Part shown: positions 26,615-32,000 of the stretch, piece by piece
Position numbering within the stretch: the stretch's first letter is position 1
Layout: the number at the start of each line of letters is the position of its first letter
Source: Mycolicibacterium smegmatis
GTDB taxonomy: Bacteria; Actinomycetota; Actinomycetes; Mycobacteriales; Mycobacteriaceae
Direction of reading: 5' to 3'
NCBI RefSeq assembly: GCF_001457595.1
Contig: NZ_LN831039.1
Location: 4,140,001 to 4,172,000, forward strand
DNA: 32,000 nucleotides
Notes under the pieces: model-generated
Told to the model about the DNA's origin: nothing
The model's input: the letters and a program-made list of their open reading frames with translations, nothing else
Databases searched by the model: none
Made by a program: the position numbers and the translations under genes

Positions 26615-27906
26615 CGGCCGACACAGTGCGCGTGCCACCGAACCCGGTGTCCGACAATGCTTTCCTGGCCGACTTCGCGGCCATGTCGACCTTCGGAGCG
26701 ACACCCGCGGGAGGTGTGGAACGACAGGCGGGCACCACTGCCGACGGTGAGAACCGGCGCTGGCTTGCCGCCTGGCTGGCCGAGCGCGGTTTCGAGGTGC
26801 GCTATGACCGCATCGGCAACATGTTCGGCCTGTACGAACTGGTGCCCGGCGCTCCCTATGTGCTGGCCGGTTCGCACCTGGACAGTCAACCGCGCGGCGG
26901 CCGTTATGACGGTGCGTACGGGGTCTTGGCCGCCGCGCACGCCGCCACCAGGCTGCTCGACCATTTCCGCGCGAACCCGGGTGCCGCGCGATACAACATC
27001 GCAGTCGTGAACTGGTTCAACGAAGAAGGGTCGCGGTTCAAACCCTCGATGCAGGGCAGCGGGGTGTTCACCGGCAAGCTCGCGCTGCAGGAGGCATTGG
27101 ACACCACCGATGTCGACGGCGTGAGCGTGGCCGAGGCGCTCGGTGCACTCGACATGCTTGGCGAGCGCGACGTCTTCACCGTCGGCGACCACCACACCGC
27201 AGGCGGCGTGCAGGTCGCGTCATACGCCGAGATCCACATCGAGCAGGGCCGCGAACTCGACAAGGCCGGGGTGCCGATCGGCATCGTGCCCTCGACGTGG
27301 GGCGCCAACAAGTACGAGATCTCCGTCGTGGGCGCACAGTCGCACACCGGCGCCACAGCGATCGCCGACCGTCAGGATGCATTGTTGGGTGCGGCGAAAG
27401 TCGTTGTCGCTCTGCGCGAGCTGGCCGACTCCTACGGCGAGGATCTACACACGTCCTGCGGGCAGTTGACCGTTTACCCGAACTCACCGGTGGTCGTCGC
27501 CCGGGAGGTCCACATGCACCTCGACCTACGCTCACCGTCGGACCAGCTTCTCGATGAGGCCGACGCGCGGCTCAACCGGACACTCGCCGAGATCGAAGTT
27601 GCCGCTGACGTGCGCATCGAACGTCGTTTCGCTCATACCTGGAAGGGACACACCTACACTCCCGAGGGCGTCACACTGGCCGAGGCCGCGATCGAGGCAC
27701 TGGAACTGAGCTCGATGCACGTGCGCACGCGCGCCGGCCACGACTCCACGAACATGAAGGACGTCGTTCCGACGGTGATGCTGTTCATCCCCAGCGTCGA
27801 CGGGGTCTCACACGCGGAGAACGAGTTCACCCACGACAAGGACCTGACCACCGGTGTGGATGTGCTCACCGAGACCATGGCACGCATGGTGGAGGGTGAT
27901 CTGTGA
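26611..27906 (+). CDS. M20 Zn-dependent hydrolase, N-carbamoyl-amino-acid/beta-ureidopropionase-like (second copy)
   Basis: AGSHLDSQPRGGRYDGAYGV, FNEEGSRFKPSMQGSGVF, AEIHIEQGRELD, RAGHDSTNMKD; ATG overlaps the LLM stop (atga). Confidence 0.93.
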   Translation: MTADTVRVPPNPVSDNAFLADFAAMSTFGATPAGGVERQAGTTADGENRRWLAAWLAERGFEVRYDRIGNMFGLYELVPGAPYVLAGSHLDSQPRGGRYDGAYGVLAAAHAATRLLDHFRANPGAARYNIAVVNWFNEEGSRFKPSMQGSGVFTGKLALQEALDTTDVDGVSVAEALGALDMLGERDVFTVGDHHTAGGVQVASYAEIHIEQGRELDKAGVPIGIVPSTWGANKYEISVVGAQSHTGATAIADRQDALLGAAKVVVALRELADSYGEDLHTSCGQLTVYPNSPVVVAREVHMHLDLRSPSDQLLDEADARLNRTLAEIEVAADVRIERRFAHTWKGHTYTPEGVTLAEAAIEALELSSMHVRTRAGHDSTNMKDVVPTVMLFIPSVDGVSHAENEFTHDKDLTTGVDVLTETMARMVEGDL

Positions 27907-27954
27907 GCTGACACCCGGCCGTATCACGCATCAGCCGCCGCACGAGCAGGGTGA

Positions 27955-28380
27955 GCTCGCCTGTCGATCCGAGCGCGCGCGTCGCATCGAACCGACCACG
28001 GTGGCGCTCACCGCCTGGATGAGGCCGTCGACTTCGTCGTCGACGCGGTGACCGGGTGGGCCCGCCGCGAACCCGTCACGCTGGCGGGCCACAGCTGGGG
28101 TGTATACCCGCTGACCGGAGCCGCGATCCTCCTCGGCGCCGAGCTGATTCGAGAAGTCGTATACGTCAACGCCGTCGTGCCCGAACGTGGCGTCGCCATG
28201 CGCGACAAGAACCCAGCGATGGCGTCAATCATCGACGCTCAGCTCGAAAGCAGCCAGTCGATCTCGGCCTCACCGAGTGACGTCGCCGCCCAGATGATGC
28301 AGGACGAGTCACCAGTCGCCACTACTCGAAGGCAAGCAATTTGCCCAGGCGACGTTGCTGAGCCCCGGTGCAGCGCGTGA
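27955..28380 (+). pseudogene. Alpha/beta hydrolase remnant (nucleophile region only)
   Basis: ...DHGGAHRLDEAVDFVVDAVTGWARREPVTLAGHSWGVYPLTGAAILLGAELIREVVYVNAVVPERG. GHSWG nucleophile elbow present. The frame is closed by TGA at 27952, with no oxyanion N-terminus and no recognisable catalytic C-terminus. Confidence 0.6.
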
Positions 28381-28385
28381 GGCGC

Positions 28386-29141
28386 CTACCCCGGGTGGTG
28401 CGCGTCGAGTTCGGTGAGAGACGGAGGGTCCAGCAGCGTGTGCATCTGATCGACCGCCGCAGGCGCGTCCGTCGATGCGGTCCCGATGATCTGATGTGCC
28501 GCACTGAGACCCGCCCGGTCGATGAGACGTTTCTCGTTCAATGCCCACTGCCCGCGTGAGGCCAAGATACCGTGGGCGGTCTGCATCGCGGCCCGCGCCA
28601 GCATGCCCATGCATGCCGTGCGGTCCGCGGTGGTGGCGTAGTGGCGCGCGAAGACCAGAGAGAACCCCGCATTCCAGCGCCACCGGAGTTCAGCGGATTC
28701 CCGCAGCGCCTGTGGAAACGATACGTCCGGCAGTTGACCGGAAAGCCGCCGGGCGAGGGCAATTTCACCGATCGGGACATAGGTCGGAAGGCCCGCCAGG
28801 TGCCCTTCGACATTCTCGATGTCGAACCGCCCAACCTGGGCGTCGTCCCACCACCGCTCGATGACGTCGAGGTCACGCAACAGCACGTCCACCGGTTGGC
28901 CCGACACCGACAGCCAGGCACCGCCGTTGACGATGCGACCCCACTCACCGGGCTGCGCCGCATGTCCGGGATAACCAAGACGTGCCAGCAATGCCGCGTC
29001 GAACGAACCACGGTAGTAGACGCTGAGATCCCAGTCGCTGTCCGGGCGATGGGTGTTCGTAGCGCGACTGCCTCCAAGCACCACCGAGACCACACCGGGC
29101 AGCTCGACCAGCCGCGGCACCAGTTCTGCGACCACGTCCAT
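28386..29141 (-). CDS. Nucleotidyltransferase-domain protein (minimal NTase/aminoglycoside-NTase-like)
   Basis: GVVSVVLGGSRATNTHRPDSDWDLSVYYRG = GS-x(n)-DxD NTase signature. Confidence 0.8.
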   Translation of the reverse strand: MDVVAELVPRLVELPGVVSVVLGGSRATNTHRPDSDWDLSVYYRGSFDAALLARLGYPGHAAQPGEWGRIVNGGAWLSVSGQPVDVLLRDLDVIERWWDDAQVGRFDIENVEGHLAGLPTYVPIGEIALARRLSGQLPDVSFPQALRESAELRWRWNAGFSLVFARHYATTADRTACMGMLARAAMQTAHGILASRGQWALNEKRLIDRAGLSAAHQIIGTASTDAPAAVDQMHTLLDPPSLTELDAHHPG

Positions 29142-29334
29142 ACGAACCACTATCGCAGCAGGTGCGCCGTAAGACCGCGTTGCGGGCCGACACCCTGCGA
29201 AGGGCGGCTGAACCCATTTCCTCCACCGCCCAGATGCAATCGTATGTGACAGCAGATACACGACGGCAACGACCGCGCAACGGAGGTTGCCACCCTGTCA
29301 CCGCGCAGGGTCCTCCCCACGGGCCGGCAGCCTC

Positions 29335-31068
29335 TCATTCGGATGAGTGCTGGACGACGCTTCGCGCGCGTCGACTCTGCAAGCGAGGTGCCTGCGTGAT
29401 ACCGCCGGCGGTGAGCTCGGTACGGATGCGCTCGCGCAACTCGACCTTGCGAATCTTGGTTCCCGACATGGGCCATTCGTCGACGAAGCGTACGTAGCGC
29501 GGCACCTTGTACGTGGCGATCCGATCGAGGCAGAAGTCGATGACGTCGGCTTCTGTCAGTTTGTGTTCGCGCGTCAGCTGGATGTAGGCAACCGGAACTT
29601 CGCCATAGTAGGCGTCAGGTGCGCCCACGACGGCGACGACCGCTACGGCGGGATGCCGGAGCAGATAGGACTCGACCTCCAGCGCGGAGACGTTCTCCCC
29701 ACCGACTTTCAGCATGTCCTTGATCCGGCCCTTGAAGGTGAGCCGGCCTGCCTCGTCGAGGACGCCGAGATCACCTGATGTGAACCATCCTTCGGCGTCG
29801 ATGCACGCCGCGTTGGCTTCCTCGTCGCGGTAGTAACCGAGGAAGCGGGACTCACCGCGAAATTGGATCTCTCCGAGGACGTTGGGTGCGACGGGCTCTC
29901 GGGTGTCGAGATCGACGATGCGGGCCTCCATACCCGGCAGAGGTTTCCCGCCGGTGCACACCCGGACGTCGAGCGGGTCGGCAACCGTGGTCATCGCGAC
30001 ATGACCACTCCCCTCGGTGATCCCGTAGTTGGCGAGTTGAATCGCGTGGGGAACGCGGGCCTGCAGCTTGCGCAGAAGGTCTTCGCCACCGGTGTTCATC
30101 AACACCCGCAGCGAGGACAGGTCGGCCACGGCGAAGTCGGGGTGGTCGAGTATGCGCATCCAGATGGTCTCGAAACACGGGATCGCGTGGGTGACCCGCT
30201 CCTCGACCATCGCACGTAGCGATTGCGCGGGGTCGAAGACACCGGCATGGACGAAAGATGCGCCTGCGGTGATGCAAGCGGTGAGGGTGGCCAGTCCCGC
30301 GGTGTGGAAGAGGGGTAGCGGGCACCAGAACACAGACGTCTCGTCGAGCAGGTAGCGGTCGAACGCGAGCGACGTTCCCTGCGCGACAACAGCCACGTGG
30401 GCGATCATGCACGCTTTGGGCGATGCCGAGGTACCCGACGTATACATGAGATACGCGACCTCGCCGCCGGGTGCGGGTTCTTCCTGGTCGACGCCGTGCC
30501 GGCTGGTCCGTTCCCTCGGGTGGGTCGTCGGCAGGCCGACGGCGCTCTGATGGGTGAAGGCCCGGGCCGGCGGTGAGTATCCGTCGTCGGCGAGGACGAT
30601 GATGCGTCGCAGACGGGGCGTGGCGGTCAACGCGAGGTCCGGACCCGGCGCTTCGGCGAGGCCCGGAATCGCACTCAGCAGTTCGGCCGGCCGGTCGGAG
30701 TGCTGGTTGGGCGCAATCGTGATGACTGCTGCGAGATCGCTGTGGGCGATCACGTAACTCAGTTCGTCGGTGCGGAAACGATCGTTGATCGCGACGGTGA
30801 CTGCGCCGGCACGGGCACAGGCGACGATGGCGGCGATCATGTCGAGCGATGCGGGCATCCACAACCCGACATGGTCACCGGCCTGTACACCGGCTCGGCG
30901 CAACATCCGGACGAAGTCGTCGACGCGAACATCCATCTCTGCGTAGGTGTATCGCTGGTCGGGAAAGGCGAACACCGAATCGGGATGTGCCGAGGCGCTG
31001 CGGCGCAGCAGGTCGCTGAGGTTACGCGGGACCGCTTCTGTCATGGTGATGGCTCGATTCCATTGCAT
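29335..31068 (-). CDS. Class I adenylate-forming enzyme / acyl-CoA ligase
   Basis: YLMYTSGTSASPKACMIAH (P-loop-like A3), NYGITEGSG, GEIQFRGESRFLGYYRDEEAN, EGWFTSGDLGVLDEAGRLTFKGRIKDMLKVGGENVSALEVE, GTKIRK. Confidence 0.93.
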   Translation of the reverse strand: MQWNRAITMTEAVPRNLSDLLRRSASAHPDSVFAFPDQRYTYAEMDVRVDDFVRMLRRAGVQAGDHVGLWMPASLDMIAAIVACARAGAVTVAINDRFRTDELSYVIAHSDLAAVITIAPNQHSDRPAELLSAIPGLAEAPGPDLALTATPRLRRIIVLADDGYSPPARAFTHQSAVGLPTTHPRERTSRHGVDQEEPAPGGEVAYLMYTSGTSASPKACMIAHVAVVAQGTSLAFDRYLLDETSVFWCPLPLFHTAGLATLTACITAGASFVHAGVFDPAQSLRAMVEERVTHAIPCFETIWMRILDHPDFAVADLSSLRVLMNTGGEDLLRKLQARVPHAIQLANYGITEGSGHVAMTTVADPLDVRVCTGGKPLPGMEARIVDLDTREPVAPNVLGEIQFRGESRFLGYYRDEEANAACIDAEGWFTSGDLGVLDEAGRLTFKGRIKDMLKVGGENVSALEVESYLLRHPAVAVVAVVGAPDAYYGEVPVAYIQLTREHKLTEADVIDFCLDRIATYKVPRYVRFVDEWPMSGTKIRKVELRERIRTELTAGGITQAPRLQSRRARSVVQHSSE

Positions 31069-31075
31069 GCTGCTC

Positions 31076-31867
31076 TCACTGCCCGGTGAATACCGGTGCT
31101 CGGTGTTCGCTGAATGCCGACATCCCTTCGGCAAAGTCACAGGACCCGATGTAGTCCCCGAAGGTCGTGAGTTCGAGCCCGAGTCCGACAGACACCGGTT
31201 GGTTCCTGGCGCTGTGAGCGGTGCGTTTCATGTGGGCCAAGGCCAAGGGACTGAGGTCGGCAATGTGCGCCGCAAGTTCGCCTGCGACGCCGATGAGTTC
31301 GTCGTGCGGGACGACTTCGTCGACGAGTCCGGTGAGGTGTCGGTGGCCTGCGGGCAGCAACTCACCGCTGAGTAGCAACCGCGCGGCGATGTTGGGCGGG
31401 ACCTTGTTGACCAAGCGAGCGACTCCCCCGGCGCCGGGGAGGACGCCGTACCGGGCGTGGCCGTCTCCGATGAGCGCGGTGTCGGCCGCCAGTACGATGT
31501 CGCAGCACAGCAGCAGTTCCATACCGCCTGCGACGGCCACCCCGTTGACGGCGGCGATCACCGGCCTCGGACTGTCTTCCAGCCGGCTCAGGGTTTTCGC
31601 GGTGTGGTCGACGAACCGCACGAGTCCCTCTCGATCACCGCGGTCGAGGAACTGCTTGAACTCCCGCAGATCGCCACCCGCGCTGAACGCCGGGCCCATG
31701 CCGGTCACGACGATCACACGACACGACGGGTCGTTCTCGATCTGGTCGAGCGCAGCATTCAGGTCGGAGATGAGCTGTTGTGACAACGCGTTCCGTTTGT
31801 CGGCACGGTTGAGCCGCAGCCAGCCGACCCCTCGTGTGATGGCGAGCAACACCGTGGATTTCGTCAC
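31076..31867 (-). CDS. Enoyl-CoA hydratase/isomerase family protein
   Basis: VIVVTGMGPAFSAGGDLREF, RPVIAAVNGVAVAGGMELLLCCDIVLAA, GVLPGAGGVARL; GTG start overlaps the upstream gene stop. Confidence 0.93.
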   Translation of the reverse strand: MTKSTVLLAITRGVGWLRLNRADKRNALSQQLISDLNAALDQIENDPSCRVIVVTGMGPAFSAGGDLREFKQFLDRGDREGLVRFVDHTAKTLSRLEDSPRPVIAAVNGVAVAGGMELLLCCDIVLAADTALIGDGHARYGVLPGAGGVARLVNKVPPNIAARLLLSGELLPAGHRHLTGLVDEVVPHDELIGVAGELAAHIADLSPLALAHMKRTAHSARNQPVSVGLGLELTTFGDYIGSCDFAEGMSAFSEHRAPVFTGQ

Positions 31868-32000
31868 GGATGGTCCTTCCCGGATGGGCCGACAGCGGCG
31901 TCGGCGAGGTCGGGGATGCGACTGTGTGCACGCCAAGGCGCAACCGCCTCGGCGAATGCTCGCCGGAAGTCGCCGCTCGTTCCGGCGATCAAGATTGTTC
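31864..32000 (-). CDS. C-terminal fragment of an uncharacterised CDS (truncated by window edge)
   Basis: Open - strand frame TILIAGTSGDFRRAFAEAVAPWRAHSRIPDLADAAVGPSGKDHP*, translationally coupled (gtga) to the enoyl-CoA hydratase gene. Family not assignable from this fragment. Confidence 0.5.
   Translation of the reverse strand, partial: TILIAGTSGDFRRAFAEAVAPWRAHSRIPDLADAAVGPSGKDHP

Noticed and set aside
1-32000. CRISPR arrays, tRNA/rRNA genes, transposases or integrases
   Set aside because: No regularly spaced repeats, tRNA-like cloverleafs or transposase/integrase motifs noticed in any listed ORF. Not computationally excluded.

Overview
High-GC actinobacterial-type chromosomal window with dense, catabolic gene content. 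I see no tRNA/rRNA, CRISPR array or intact mobile element. It holds three metabolic modules. (A) Left lobe, about 1-9.8 kb: end of an M20 amidohydrolase, MFS transporter and cyclase-family hydrolase on the + strand. On the - strand, in transcription order: D-hydantoinase/dihydropyrimidinase, M20 N-carbamoyl-amino-acid hydrolase, SDR, Asp/Glu-racemase/AMDase-like protein and MHS-type MFS transporter, with a divergent PucR-type regulator. (B) Centre, about 10-18.4 kb: AraC regulator divergent from a sugar-type ABC importer (lipoprotein SBP, tandem ATPase, permease), zinc alcohol dehydrogenase, aldose-1-epimerase-like protein, SDR and SMP-30/gluconolactonase. This looks like a non-phosphorylating sugar/polyol oxidation operon. 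(C) Right lobe, about 18.4-28 kb: PucR/CdaR-type regulator divergent from two isopenicillin-N-synthase-type 2OG-Fe(II) oxygenases, an orphan PDR-type [2Fe-2S] ferredoxin, a VOC protein, an NCS2 uracil/xanthine permease, a second hydantoinase, an LLM (possibly F420) oxidoreductase and a second M20 carbamoylase. Then come an alpha/beta-hydrolase remnant, a nucleotidyltransferase, an acyl-CoA/AMP ligase and an enoyl-CoA hydratase. The most interesting candidate system is module C, a possible oxygenase plus hydantoinase plus LLM route for a nucleobase or other cyclic ureide/imide. I also note a frameshifted ADH remnant (about 9.83-10.0 kb), an AMDase-like active-site substitution, and several intergenic palindromes.
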